In this document: piece by piece, positions 1-11,300 of the stretch
How the letters are laid out: each line of letters opens with the position of its first letter
Numbering within the stretch: position 1 is the stretch's first letter
Assembly (NCBI GenBank): GCA_030706285.1
Contig: JAUZOU010000003.1
Location: forward strand, 1 to 35,367
Direction: 5' to 3'
Length of the DNA: 35,367 nt
DNA from: Bacteroidota bacterium
Lineage (GTDB): Bacteria > Bacteroidota > Bacteroidia > Bacteroidales > UBA1402
Made by a program: the position numbers and the translations under genes
Notes under the pieces: model-generated
The model's input: only the letters and a program-made list of their open reading frames with translations
Told to the model about the DNA's origin: nothing
Databases searched by the model: none

Positions 1-704
1 CGATCACGCAACCATTGCTTGTGTGTCCCGGCATAGAAATGCATCGTGTACATGATGTTGGTCTGGTTCCGGAGCGGATCGGCCGCCACCAGCTGTATTT
101 CCTGATCCCAACGCGGACAACCCACCAGAATGATGTTGTCGGGATCGATGGCACGTATCGTGGAGATAACCTCTTCGGAATACCTCTTCACGGCCTTCCA
201 AGTGCAAGAATCATCCGGTTCGTTGAAAATCTCATAGATGACGTTCGGGGAATCCTTGTATTTGTTGGCCATTAGCGTAAAAAATGCCTTAGCTTCGCGG
301 GTATGGATCTTGTGACTGTGGAAATCGATGAGGACATAAATGCCGTGTTTGATGGCTGCATCCACCACCGTCGTTATGCAGTTGACGCTGCCTTTGGGAT
401 CGGTCCGGTAGCCCAGGTCGAGATCGACACCCATAGCCGCCCGCACCACATTACATTTCCAGTCGTTGGCTAAAAAGCCTACACAGGAATCGTTGTAAAA
501 CCGGGGATGGAGGCAATGCCATCCGAAGCTGACGCCCCGGAGCACCATGGTATCACCGTGCTCGTTCATGAGCTGTGTACCAACCACTTTGAGTTTTCCG
601 TTGACTTCGACAGGGGTTTTCACTCGCACGGGAGCTTCTTTTTTCTTGCAAGCGGTCAGGCCCAAAATCAGGGCAAAGGCGACCAGTAATGTCATGTTCT
701 TCAT
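1..704 (-). CDS. GH5 subfamily 2 endoglucanase, lipoprotein (3' end beyond the window; not in ORF track)
   Basis: Translated by hand from the ATG at 704: MKNMTLLVAFALILGLTAC-KKKEAP...LRGVSFGWH...NVVRAAMGV...GIYVLIDFH...VIYEIFNEP...YTMHFYAGTH, open to the edge. It has a lipobox (LTAC), the GH5 acid/base NEP motif and the GH5_2-type HFYA motif. Confidence 0.9.
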   Translation of the reverse strand, partial: MKNMTLLVAFALILGLTACKKKEAPVRVKTPVEVNGKLKVVGTQLMNEHGDTMVLRGVSFGWHCLHPRFYNDSCVGFLANDWKCNVVRAAMGVDLDLGYRTDPKGSVNCITTVVDAAIKHGIYVLIDFHSHKIHTREAKAFFTLMANKYKDSPNVIYEIFNEPDDSCTWKAVKRYSEEVISTIRAIDPDNIILVGCPRWDQEIQLVAADPLRNQTNIMYTMHFYAGTHKQWLRD

Positions 705-715
705 GGGAAAAGTAT

Positions 716-1939
716 CTATTTAAGTTGTTGTATCCGTTCCAACAGTTCCAAACACATGCGGCCGTTGTGGTAGGGACATTTCCAGAAACCGGCCTTGTCG
801 TTGATGCGATCGGGCATTCCTTGCGAAGACACCGACCAAAACCACTCGCCGGTATCTGCATCGATCAGCTTGGTCCGGATGAAGCTCCAGCCTTGGAGTA
901 CCGACCGGCTGTATCGTTCATCACCCGAGAGTCGCCAGGCATTGAAAAAACCGACCATCGCTTCCGCCTGTGGCCACCAGTCGCGGTTGTCGTCCACGTG
1001 TCCGGAGACGGAGTCTCTCTCGTTGATGATGGAGCCATCCGGCTGAACACCTTCAAAGGCGGCCTCCGCCATTCGTACAGATTCTTCCCGAACCATGGTC
1101 AAGAGATCTTCGTCTCCCAGCATTTCGGCGGCTTCCAGCAAGAGCCAGGAAGCCTCAATGTCGTGGCCATACGAAATCAAGGAAGACCTGCATACCCAGT
1201 TTTCATCGAAGAACAGATCCAAATGATGGGTTTGCGGCTGGATAATCTTTTCAAGAAAAAGCAGAATAAGATTTCGAAGCTGCCTTGCCAACAACGGCGT
1301 CCGATAAACCCGGTAGAGGTTGGTATAGGCCTCCAACACGTGCAGATGCGTGTTCATGGTTTTCTTCTCGTTGGCATCTTTTTCACTGAGGCGAAGATCT
1401 TCCAACAAATTCCACCGGCGGTCAAAAGCTTCCAGATAACCGTTCTTACCGGAATCGAAGCTGTATTTTTCGATCAGCTCGAACAATTCGACGGCCTTGT
1501 CCAGCGAGGCTTTGTCACCGGTGAGGCGGTAATACTCCACCAACGCATAGATAAAGAAAGCCTGGCTGTAAACCTGCTTCTTGGTATCCGCCGGTGAGCC
1601 GTCGGCATTCAACATCCAATAGGTCCCGCCATGGGTTTCATCGAAAAAATGGTCGAAAATGTAGTCTCTGGCTCTATCGACGAATGGTCTTATCTGAAGA
1701 GGCCCTAAATGCCGCGCGGCCGCTGAAAATGTCCAAAGAATACGGGCGTTCAGGATGGCCCCCTTGGGCGCTTGCTGAACCAGCTCATTCTGGCCGTTCA
1801 TCCGGCCAAAGTAGCCACCGTGCTGCCCATCAACCATCCGTTCCATCCAAAACGGCAGGATATGTTGTGTCAGCTCGTACTGCACTTCTTCTTTGAGTTT
1901 GTAAAAAGACGGTATCATCAAGGATTCTTTCACGGTCAT
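716..1939 (-). CDS. Cellobiose/mannobiose 2-epimerase (AGE superfamily)
   Basis: Motifs LNARILWTFS, KKTMNTHLHVLEAY, SYGHDIE, WWPQAE and WKCPYHNGR. No signal peptide. The start is probably ATG 1939 or 1918, not 1999, which would overlap GH94. Confidence 0.93.
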   Translation of the reverse strand: MTVKESLMIPSFYKLKEEVQYELTQHILPFWMERMVDGQHGGYFGRMNGQNELVQQAPKGAILNARILWTFSAAARHLGPLQIRPFVDRARDYIFDHFFDETHGGTYWMLNADGSPADTKKQVYSQAFFIYALVEYYRLTGDKASLDKAVELFELIEKYSFDSGKNGYLEAFDRRWNLLEDLRLSEKDANEKKTMNTHLHVLEAYTNLYRVYRTPLLARQLRNLILLFLEKIIQPQTHHLDLFFDENWVCRSSLISYGHDIEASWLLLEAAEMLGDEDLLTMVREESVRMAEAAFEGVQPDGSIINERDSVSGHVDDNRDWWPQAEAMVGFFNAWRLSGDERYSRSVLQGWSFIRTKLIDADTGEWFWSVSSQGMPDRINDKAGFWKCPYHNGRMCLELLERIQQLK

Positions 1940-1979
1940 TTCAGTTAGGTAAAAGTTTCGGGTCACTCCAGCTGACCTT

Positions 1980-4415
1980 TCAAAGTGTCGCCACCACATG
2001 GCAGATACTACCGGCCGGCTTCAGTGGAATGCGGTTGCCCTGCACAGGCTCTCCGTCTACCGTCAGGCTGCGGAGGCCTTTCATACGCCCATCCGGATTG
2101 TTCACCCGGATGTGGTAGGTTGCTCCGCGAAATTTCCTTGTGACGGTGTATCCTTTCCAATCGGGAGGAATGCAGGGATTCACTTCCAGACTTTCGTAAT
2201 CGGGTTTAATACCCAGGATATACTGGGAAATAGCATAGTAATTCCACGCAGCCGTACCGGTGAGCCAGGAGTTCTTAGCCTCACCGGGCCGAAAAGCATC
2301 TTTTCCGGCTATCATCTGGGCGTACACATAGGGTTCAACTTTATGTAGGTCGCTGTGAGCCTCGGTATAGGAAGGGCATATCTTGCGGAAGTATTCCCAG
2401 GCGCGGTCTCCCCTGCCCTGCATTGTTTCACCGATGATGATCCAGGGATTGTTGTGACAGAAGATGCCGGCGTTTTCTTTATACCCGCCTGGATAGCTGG
2501 ATATTTCTCCGTATTCAATGTAATAACGGGTATATGGGGGATTGTTGAGCACGATGCCGTGCTCACAGTCCAGACGTTTCTTTACGGCATCGAGAGCCTT
2601 GGAGACCATACCTTCCTCCATTCCGATACCAGCCATGGTACACCAGCCATTTGATTCGATGAAAATCTGACCTTCCTCGTTTTCCTTCGATCCGATCTTG
2701 TTGCCGAAATAATCGTAGGCCCGGAGAAACCATTCGCCGTCCCAGCCATATTGCTTAATCGCTTCGGTCATAGCATAGACCTGACGCTGGGCACGTCCGG
2801 CTTCCCCGTTCTTGCCCAATTGAAGGCAAAGCCCGGCATATTCACGTCCGTAAAGCACGAATTGGCCGGCAATCATCAAACTTTCGGCCTGACTACCTTC
2901 CGTCTTGTTTTCAGTCGTCTGAAAACTCTCGTCAGGGTCATTCGAAAAGCAGTTCAGGTTGAGGCAGTCGTTCCAATCGGCCCGGCCGATCAAAGGCAAA
3001 CCGTGTGGGCCAAGATGATTCGGCACATAGTCGAAAGAGAGCGTCAGGTGCCGGAAGAGCGAAACCTCAGTGCCAGGTGTGTTGTCGAAAGGGACAGGTT
3101 CATTCAGAAGGCTGAAATCACCAGTTTCCTTGATGTAGCTGATGGTGCCGATGATGAGCCATAAGGGGTCATCGTTGAATCCCTGTCCGATCTCATTGTT
3201 GCCTTTCTTGGTCAACGGTTGATATTGGTGATAACATCCTCCGTCCGGAAATTGGGTGGAAGCGATATCGAGGATTCGTTCCCTGGCACGCTCTGGTATT
3301 TGATGGACAAAACCGATCAAATCCTGGTTGGAATCGCGGAATCCCATGCCACGTCCGATACCACTTTCGAAAAACGAGGCGGAACGGGAAAACAGGAAGG
3401 TAATCATACATTGGTATTGATTCCAACAATTGACCATCCTGTCCAACCTGGGTTCATCCGATTGAAGCGTAAAGACAGTCAGCAGCTTGTTCCAATAGGC
3501 TTTCAGTTCCTCAAAGGCTGAAGTCACTTTCTCAACCGTATCAAACGCCTCGATGAGTGCCTTAGCCGGTTTTTTATTGATGACATTCTGATGCTCCCAC
3601 TTCTGTTCGTCTGGGTTTTCGACGTAACCCAACAGAAAAATCAGGTCCTTGCTTTGACCGGGAGCCAGCGTCACCTCCAGGCAATGCGAAGCGATGGGGG
3701 ACCAACCGTGAGCTACGCTGTTCCTCGGTGTACCATCCAAAACCACCTGAGGTTCATCAAAGCCGTTGTATAGGCCGAAAAACGTTTCCCTGTCCGTATC
3801 GAAGCCTTTCACCGGCTTGTTCACCGAATAAAAGGCATAATGATTGCGCCGTTCCTTGTATTCGGTCTTATGGTAGATGACGGAATCTTCCGTCTCAACC
3901 TCGCCGGTGGAAAAGTTGCGCTGGAAGTTTTCCATATCTGTGGCGGCATTCCACAAGCACCATTCGATGAAAGAGAAAACCTGAATGGTCTTGGTTGAAG
4001 TTCCCAGGTTCCGGAGCGTCAGGTGTTGCACCTCCGCTCTGGTTTTCAAGGGAACGAAATACAGCACCTTGGCCTCGAGTTCATTTTTGACACCCTTGAT
4101 GATCGTATAGTTCATCCCGTGCCGGCACTCATAACCGTCCAAGGGCGTCTTGCACGGTTTCCAGCCTGGGTTCCAGACATTTTCACCTTCCTTGATGTAG
4201 AAATACTTGCCGCCGCTGTCCATGGGCACGTTGTTGTACCGGTAACGGGTAATACGCCGGAACTTGGCGTCTTTATAGAAGGAATAGCCCCCGGCCGTGT
4301 TGGATATCAGGCTGAAGAAGTCTTCCGTACCCAGATAGTTGATCCAGGGCCAAGGCGTCTTCGGATCGGTGATGACATACTCCCGTCTTTTGTCGTCAAA
4401 ATGTCCGTACTGCAT
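1980..4415 (-). CDS. cbp: GH94 cellobiose phosphorylase
   Basis: 811 aa. The N-terminus [35 protein letters not shown] and [11 protein letters not shown], together with [12 protein letters not shown], catalytic ADWNDCLNL and [12 protein letters not shown], match characterised cellobiose phosphorylases. Cytoplasmic. Confidence 0.92.
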   Translation of the reverse strand: MQYGHFDDKRREYVITDPKTPWPWINYLGTEDFFSLISNTAGGYSFYKDAKFRRITRYRYNNVPMDSGGKYFYIKEGENVWNPGWKPCKTPLDGYECRHGMNYTIIKGVKNELEAKVLYFVPLKTRAEVQHLTLRNLGTSTKTIQVFSFIEWCLWNAATDMENFQRNFSTGEVETEDSVIYHKTEYKERRNHYAFYSVNKPVKGFDTDRETFFGLYNGFDEPQVVLDGTPRNSVAHGWSPIASHCLEVTLAPGQSKDLIFLLGYVENPDEQKWEHQNVINKKPAKALIEAFDTVEKVTSAFEELKAYWNKLLTVFTLQSDEPRLDRMVNCWNQYQCMITFLFSRSASFFESGIGRGMGFRDSNQDLIGFVHQIPERARERILDIASTQFPDGGCYHQYQPLTKKGNNEIGQGFNDDPLWLIIGTISYIKETGDFSLLNEPVPFDNTPGTEVSLFRHLTLSFDYVPNHLGPHGLPLIGRADWNDCLNLNCFSNDPDESFQTTENKTEGSQAESLMIAGQFVLYGREYAGLCLQLGKNGEAGRAQRQVYAMTEAIKQYGWDGEWFLRAYDYFGNKIGSKENEEGQIFIESNGWCTMAGIGMEEGMVSKALDAVKKRLDCEHGIVLNNPPYTRYYIEYGEISSYPGGYKENAGIFCHNNPWIIIGETMQGRGDRAWEYFRKICPSYTEAHSDLHKVEPYVYAQMIAGKDAFRPGEAKNSWLTGTAAWNYYAISQYILGIKPDYESLEVNPCIPPDWKGYTVTRKFRGATYHIRVNNPDGRMKGLRSLTVDGEPVQGNRIPLKPAGSICHVVATL

Positions 4416-4425
4416 AATCCATCTT

Positions 4426-5835
4426 TTAGCTATTTCTGTCTTTGGTTGTCATTTGTCTGGCTTCGGTAAGTTCCGAGCTGATTTTCTTCAAACGCTTTTC
4501 ATTGAGCGGATACAGGGCCATACACAAGACACCGATGGCGGCTCCGGCTGCCGGGAAAAAACTCAACATCATACGAATTCCTTCCTGTGCAAACTCGGTC
4601 TGGGCCACATTGGCCTTAAATCCGTAATAGCCTAGCAACCAGCCACACATGGCGCCACCGATGGTCCAACCGAATTTTTGGGACATGGAAGAAGCGGAAA
4701 ATACAAGCCCGGTGGCACGATGTTTCGTCTTCCATTCGGAATAGTCCGCCGAATCGGCATACATGGACCAGATGAGCGGTAACGTGGTGCCGACACTCAG
4801 GCTGATGAGGAATTGGAGAACGTATATTTGGGTGACATTTCCACGATCAATGAAATAGAAGAGGATGCTCAATGCCCCGCAGACAACCATGGCACTCAGG
4901 TATGTTCCTTTTTTGCCGATGCGGTTGGCAAACGGTACGGCCAACATAACGCCGATGATGCTGGCGGCCTGGCCGATGACGAAATACAGCGTACTCAGGG
5001 TGATGGTGAGGTTGAAGGCGGCGATGTGGAAAGCATCCTGCGTAAGCACGTAATATTTGAAGTAGTAGATTGCCGCCCCGTCACGGATGGAATTGAAGAA
5101 AATGACGGCGATGCCGGCTCCCAGTAAAATCCACCACGGCGAATTTTGCAGCAGGTCTTTCAGGTCTTGCCTAAGTGAAGTCTTTTCTTTCATGGGCCGG
5201 ATGCGCTCCTTAGTCCAGGAGAAGCAAAGGAAGAAGAACAAGATAGCAACCAGCGCAAACAGGACGGCAGCCAGCTGCCAGCCCAACCGTGGGTTGTTTC
5301 CTCCTCCCAGCTTGCTGAAGATACTGACGACGGGCTCCGCAGCGGCCAACACCAACAGGCTTCCTCCGTAGGCAAACACCATACGGTACGTGGACAACGA
5401 TGTCCGTTCCTTGCCGTCGTCGGTCATAACGCCCATCAACGAAGCGTAAGGCACATTGATGAGGGAATAGACCATCATCATGAGCGAATAGGTAACATAC
5501 GCGTAAAGGATCTTTCCGGTAGGTTCCAGGTCGGGTGTAGAAAAGGTAATTACTCCGATGATACCGAAGGGAACCATCACCCACAGCAGATAAGGACGAA
5601 ATTTACCCCATTTTGTTTCTGTACGGTCTGAAAGCACGCCCACGAAAGGGTCGAAGGCGGCATCCCAGATACGGGTAACCAAAAACATGGTGCCTACTAC
5701 GGCAGCGGAGATTCCGAATATATCGGTATAGAAAAACATGAGATACATGGAAAACAATTTCCAGAACATGGAAGCGGCAGCATCACCGAATCCATAACCG
5801 ATTTTTTCTTTCAAACGAAGCTTGGGAACTACCAT
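4426..5835 (-). CDS. GPH-family (MFS) glycoside:cation symporter
   Basis: [45 protein letters not shown] and [10 protein letters not shown], with many hydrophobic helices. Likely start ATG 5835 (MVVPK). Confidence 0.92.
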   Translation of the reverse strand: MVVPKLRLKEKIGYGFGDAAASMFWKLFSMYLMFFYTDIFGISAAVVGTMFLVTRIWDAAFDPFVGVLSDRTETKWGKFRPYLLWVMVPFGIIGVITFSTPDLEPTGKILYAYVTYSLMMMVYSLINVPYASLMGVMTDDGKERTSLSTYRMVFAYGGSLLVLAAAEPVVSIFSKLGGGNNPRLGWQLAAVLFALVAILFFFLCFSWTKERIRPMKEKTSLRQDLKDLLQNSPWWILLGAGIAVIFFNSIRDGAAIYYFKYYVLTQDAFHIAAFNLTITLSTLYFVIGQAASIIGVMLAVPFANRIGKKGTYLSAMVVCGALSILFYFIDRGNVTQIYVLQFLISLSVGTTLPLIWSMYADSADYSEWKTKHRATGLVFSASSMSQKFGWTIGGAMCGWLLGYYGFKANVAQTEFAQEGIRMMLSFFPAAGAAIGVLCMALYPLNEKRLKKISSELTEARQMTTKDRNS

Positions 5836-5920
5836 AGGTCTAGTCGAATAGTTGTGTTTATTTTCTAACAAGAACAGCTTAATTGATTGATCGTTGTAAA
5901 ACAATCCAAAAGGGGACACT

Positions 5921-7129
5921 TCATGGTATCAGTTTCAAACAAAGCACGTCATGAGCCGGGATGATCGCTTTCAGCTGTTTACGGGTGCCGCCGGCGTTTT
6001 TCTTCCTCCAGACATCGCGGGCCTTGTAAAGGGTTTTCCCCGTATCAAGCACTCTTCCGGAAAGAGAGTCGGTCACCGAAAATGTTTTCCAGTCAAGCTC
6101 CCAATTTTTTGGCGACGTACTACGATTCAGGAAGCAAATAGCCCATTCACCGTTAGTCAAGGGTTTCAGCCAGGTTTCCACACTGTCTTTCACCTGATGG
6201 CGGAATCCCTGGATACCCAAAGAATCCTGGTCAATGGAGATCAAATCTTTGTTGGACAAGATGTCGTAGGTCTCGATGGTCATGTTCCGAAGGTCGTTGC
6301 CTGCCATCAGAGGGGCAGCCAACAGGCACCACAGAGTGAAATGGGCCCGGTCTTCGTTCACAGGCATGCCGTTTCCGACTTCAAGCATGTCGGGATCGTT
6401 CCAGTGCCCGGGGCCGGCATAGACGCGCAAGCCGTCCTGCATGTCCACTATTTGCATGACACCCCAGGAATTCCAGGTGTCCCATTTTTTCACACAATCG
6501 AAGCAGTTGTAGATGTCACCGGTGGTACGCCACAGATGGCCTACGTCCCTGGCCCAGGTCCAAGGCTTGCTTCCTCCCCACTCACATAGGCTGAACACGA
6601 TGGGGCGGCCGGACTCTTTCAGGGCCCTGCTCATGGTGATGTAGGCTCCTTCCGCATTCAGCTTTTCGGTGAAACACCAATCGTATTTGAGGTAATCCAC
6701 TCCCCATTTGGCATACATGAGCGCATCCTGGCATTCATGCCCGCGACTGCCGGGATGTCCGCCGCACGTCTTGTCACCGGCACACGAATAAAGGCCAAAT
6801 TTCAGCCCTTTCGCATGGATGTATTCGGACAAAGCAGTGATGCCTGAAGGAAAGCGTTCGGCATTCGCGGTGATGAAACCTTGTGCGTCCCGTTCTCCTT
6901 GCCAACAGTCGTCAATCACGATGTATTCATACCCGGCATCTTTCAGGCCGGAGGCAACCAACGCATCTGCCACTTCCCGGATCTTGGTCTCGTTGACATC
7001 GCAGCCGAACTTATTCCAGCTGTTCCACCCCATAGGAGGAGTTAGCGCAAGGCCTTCGGATTTTTGAGCCTGCAACGGCATTATAAGTAAAAAGAATAAA
7101 ACGGAAGTTATTATTCTTTGTTTTTGCAT
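5921..7129 (-). CDS. GH27 alpha-galactosidase, Sec signal peptide
   Basis: TPPMGWNSWN, IDDCW, YLKYDWC (nucleophile), WRTTGDI (acid/base) and WNDPDMLEVGNG. Signal peptide ends LQA|QK. Confidence 0.95.
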   Translation of the reverse strand: MQKQRIITSVLFFLLIMPLQAQKSEGLALTPPMGWNSWNKFGCDVNETKIREVADALVASGLKDAGYEYIVIDDCWQGERDAQGFITANAERFPSGITALSEYIHAKGLKFGLYSCAGDKTCGGHPGSRGHECQDALMYAKWGVDYLKYDWCFTEKLNAEGAYITMSRALKESGRPIVFSLCEWGGSKPWTWARDVGHLWRTTGDIYNCFDCVKKWDTWNSWGVMQIVDMQDGLRVYAGPGHWNDPDMLEVGNGMPVNEDRAHFTLWCLLAAPLMAGNDLRNMTIETYDILSNKDLISIDQDSLGIQGFRHQVKDSVETWLKPLTNGEWAICFLNRSTSPKNWELDWKTFSVTDSLSGRVLDTGKTLYKARDVWRKKNAGGTRKQLKAIIPAHDVLCLKLIP

Positions 7130-7140
7130 GGCATCAGGTA

Positions 7141-8316
7141 TTAGAGATGGAGTTGCTTATTTTTGGCTATCAAAGCCTTGACGGATGCCACCGAAGCAGC
7201 GGAACGAAAACCGTCGGCCGGTGTATTCAGACAATAGTCCAACAGCTTTTCCACGGTAGAGGTGGCCACATGCATGCGGGTATCGGAAGAGGCATAATAA
7301 ATGAAGACTTTCCCATCTTCGTCCGCTATCCATCCGTTGGAAAACAAGACGTTGGACACATCCCCGGTACGTTCGTCACCCTCTGGTGCCATTAAGTATC
7401 CGGCCGGTTCCGCCAACAACTTGGCCGGATCCTGCAAATCCGTCAGATAAAGATACAATACATATCGCAATCCTGCAGCACAATTTCGCACCCCATGCGC
7501 CAAATGCAGCCAACCTTGGTTCGTCCGGATGGGATGAGGTCCCTCCCCGTTTTTCAATTCCTTTATTGTGTGATAGTTACGATGATTGATAATGATTTCC
7601 TCATTCACGGAAGCATGGCTGATGTCATCTACCAGCGCCCAGCCGATGCCGCCACCTTTCCCTGTTTCGATGAATCCTTCCTGTGGACGGGTGTACAGTG
7701 CATACTTGCCGTCTACGAACTCAGGATGCAACACGACGTTCCGTTGTTGGCTGCCGGAGATCAGGTCAGGCAGCCGATGCCACGTTTTCAGGTCTTTTGT
7801 GCGGACGATGCCGGCAGCAGCCACGGCGGAGGACAAGTCGCCCGCCGGAGCGGCAGGGTCTTTGCGTTCGCTGCAGAACACGCCGTAGATCCAGCCGTCC
7901 TCGTGTACGGTCAGACGCATGTCATACACGTTCGTATCTGGATTTTCGGTCTCGGGTATGGTACAGGGTTCATCCCAAAAGCGAAAGTTGTCGATGCCAT
8001 TGGGACTTTCGGCCACGGCAAAAAAAGATTTGCGGTCATAGCCCTCCACTCGCACCACTAACAGATACTTTCCTTGCCATTTGACAGCTCCGGCGTTTAG
8101 GGTAGCATTGACTCCGATGCGTTCCAATAAATAAGGATTGGTCTTCGGGTCAAGATCGTATCGCCATTCAAGGGGGACATGCGCTGCAGTGATCACCGGA
8201 TGTTCATACCGTTCGAAAATACCGTTTCCGGCTGTTTCTACAGGGCTATTTTTTCTGGCGATCAAGCGTTCGTGGTCAGCTTTCAATTTTTCCAAAGCCA
8301 TCTTGAAGTCTGTCAT
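7141..8316 (-). CDS. mgp: GH130 4-O-beta-D-mannosyl-D-glucose phosphorylase
   Basis: 391 aa. [24 protein letters not shown] (catalytic Asp), [17 protein letters not shown] and [12 protein letters not shown] match the GH130_1 type. No signal peptide. Confidence 0.93.
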   Translation of the reverse strand: MTDFKMALEKLKADHERLIARKNSPVETAGNGIFERYEHPVITAAHVPLEWRYDLDPKTNPYLLERIGVNATLNAGAVKWQGKYLLVVRVEGYDRKSFFAVAESPNGIDNFRFWDEPCTIPETENPDTNVYDMRLTVHEDGWIYGVFCSERKDPAAPAGDLSSAVAAAGIVRTKDLKTWHRLPDLISGSQQRNVVLHPEFVDGKYALYTRPQEGFIETGKGGGIGWALVDDISHASVNEEIIINHRNYHTIKELKNGEGPHPIRTNQGWLHLAHGVRNCAAGLRYVLYLYLTDLQDPAKLLAEPAGYLMAPEGDERTGDVSNVLFSNGWIADEDGKVFIYYASSDTRMHVATSTVEKLLDYCLNTPADGFRSAASVASVKALIAKNKQLHL

Positions 8317-8334
8317 ATTGTTCTGTTTTTAGGG

Positions 8335-11300
8335 TCAATATTGGATATCAGCCGTCGAGTAAAGATCTGGCAGATCCTCACTCAGCCAAATTTTACGGGA
8401 TTGAGTGAATCGTTTAAAATCGTTCGCTGCCGGATGTCCGGCATAAGGCACATAAAAATGATGTTTCAGGGAAGCGGCATACGCATTTCTCCAAAGCAGG
8501 ATATAGCTGATATCGAACGGCTCGATCAAAGGAGCCAGCACATTGGTGTAAAAGTCAGGGATCAGAATGCCTTCCAGACCGGTCTCGGCCAGGACGGGTA
8601 TTTTTCCGGTTTTGCGTGCATAATCGGTCACTGTCCGAAGACCTTCGCTCATTCGTTGACGATAATCAGCCACGGACCGGTCCGTCTTGTCCCAATGCAG
8701 GTAGAAATCAAAACCGACCACGTCGACCCACTTGTCTCCAGGATAATAAGTCAGGAAGTCGGCCTCTTCTTTTACGTCGTTCGGCGAAAAGGCATACAAG
8801 AGTTGATGCACCTGCCGGACATCGCGCAGATACGCCTCGGTCATGCGGTAAAGGGCCTTGTATTCTTCGGGCGTGCATTGACGGGAGCCCCACCAAAACC
8901 AAGTCCCGCTCATTTCGTGATACATCCGGAAAATGACAGGGATGGGCTTTCCGTCGGCCGCTTTAAGACTGAAGAAAAAATCGGCTAGCCGGTCAAGCCT
9001 TTTCAGATAAGCCTCATGATGTACACCTCCTGGCAGGATACTCCGAACAACAGTATCCTGGGCACAGTCCCAGGCATCTTTGCCGGTGGCGATGTTGAAG
9101 GCATGGAAACTGACCGTATTGACCGAACCCCGGTCGTAGACTTCGCGCATCAGGCGACGCATGTCGGTAAAGGCAACAGAATCCAGATTCCTGCCGGCAC
9201 CTACGTCCAGACCACCCAACTCCCAACCTACAACGGCCGGATAGTCACCTGCCGTCTCCTTAACATCAGACCGTCCGGATTCGTTGAACCAGTTGTGTCC
9301 ATAGGCCGGATCGTCCTGATGGCCAAATAGGATGCCCTTGCCCAGGCTTTTTCGAAGATTCGCAAAAAGCGCTTTGGTCCGGTCCGTGGCCAATGAGTCG
9401 GCTATAACAGGTTCCTTTGAAAGCAAAGAGGCATATTTTTTGATTAACGGCACGGTCTGATCGACGTTAAAGACCGAATTCAGCCCTTGTTCTTCTTGCG
9501 CCGGGTCTCCCAGATAATCGTCGCCGGGTTGCCAGTACAGATGGCGGGGTCGCCCAAACCCACCCCAGGCCCAAATGTTGCAGCCTGCCAAAACGCCGTC
9601 TGTGGCAGATGACCGGAGAATGCGTTCAAAAGCGGACTGATAATAGGCATCCCGGCAAACCGTCCCATCCGTCGGTTCGTACCGGTGATGATCTCGCGGG
9701 AAGCCGAATTCTTCGAGGACGATGGGCTTTTGAAGTTTTCTGGCCACCGCTTCATGTTCTTCCATGTAGGCAACGGTGCTGTCCACGCTTTTTCCCAAGG
9801 AACCCGGAATGTCTTTCACGTCAAGCCAGCTCCAGTTTTTGGGCCAGATGTGCATGACCAAGTAATCGATGTTCGGGTCGGCATGGGTCTCTTCAAACAG
9901 CTTGAGGTCTTCCTCGCAACCGTGTTTTCCTTCGGTCCCGATCGTGACCAGGTGATGGCAGTCGAGCGATTTGATGTAGGCGGAAATGTCGCGGAGCCAA
10001 CGAGAAAATGCCGGTTTGCCCTCTTCCGAAAAAGCACGCGGCTCGTTACCGATTTCCCAGGCAAAAATAGCCGGGTCTTCCGTATATTTCCGGCCATTGT
10101 AGCAGTTTTGGCGCTCCAGAACATGACGAATATGATGTTTCAATAATTCCGTGCAGCTGTCACAAAAGGCATATTGTTTGACAAAATTCAGGTAGGCCGG
10201 CCAACCATCAATATTGGGGATGGGCGCTTTTCCCTTGCCCGCCCATTCCAGGTATTGCCCGTATCCACCGGACCATTCCCAGGCATTGGTAAAAAAGAGC
10301 ACCGCCTTCATGTCGCGTTTTCCCAGTTCCGACAATAGAAAATCGAGTCCGTCAAAAATGGAATCGTTGTACACACCTGGTTTCAGCTGCAGGGTCGGCT
10401 CTACTTTCGTCGGCACTCCATTGGGACCGTCCGCCCCGATGAGCACGCGCAGGTTGGTGATGCCGTTCGCCTTCATCAGGTCTAGTTCCCGCAGCAACCG
10501 GACACGGTCACCTCCTCTCCCCGGCGAACCGAGGATGGCGCCATACCAGAAATTGGCACCAATGAAGCGATACGGCCTTCCGTTAATTACAAAATGGCAG
10601 CCTTGCTTCTGGACAATGCCTTGGGGCTTCTTCGCATCGTTTTCGGAGGCAATCACGGTAAACCTCGCAATCAACGAGCCTGTCCGAACCTCGAAATCAC
10701 CGGGTTCAAGCGTCTGACGGTTTTCGGAGTCGATGAAGCTCATCTCTTTCGGAGTCAACGTAAAGGTGACAGTCTTGGTTTCTCCCGAATTCAGACTGAT
10801 TTTGTCAAACCCTTTCAACCTACGCTTATCGGGAGCGAGGGAAGCCACCAGATCGGATAGGTAGAGCAGGACGGCCTCCTTGCCTTGGAGCTTCCCCGTA
10901 TTGGTGACGTCCACCGACACCTCCAGATTGTCCCCGGCCCGCACAGTCGTAGAAGACAGCCTCAGCCGGTCATAGCGGAAACTGGTATAGCTCAGGCCTG
11001 TCCCAAACTCCCATTGAGGAGAATAATCGGATTCATAGTTATACATACCTTCGGCCTTTAGTTGTTCCTCTGCATATTTATGCCAATCCGGAATGAGAGA
11101 CTGCGGATAGCGCGGATAGTTAAACGGAAGTTTGCCACTCGGATTCACAGCTCCGCACAAAAGGTCAGCCAAGGCATCAGCCCCATAATTTCCCGGAAGA
11201 TAGGTCATTAGAACGGCTTTCATATCCTTCTCGAAACGGCTGATGATGCGCGGACGTCCTTCGTTAAGCACCAGCACGATAGGCTTGCCTGTAGCAACCA

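Noticed and set aside
689-1597. 302-aa plus-strand ORF
   Set aside because: Antisense shadow of the epimerase gene with no recognisable motifs.
1940-1999. Apparent GH94/epimerase overlap, and likewise GH26/CE7 at 14678-14703
   Set aside because: Artefact of longest-ORF start choice. Downstream ATGs (1939 or 1918; 14670) remove the overlaps.
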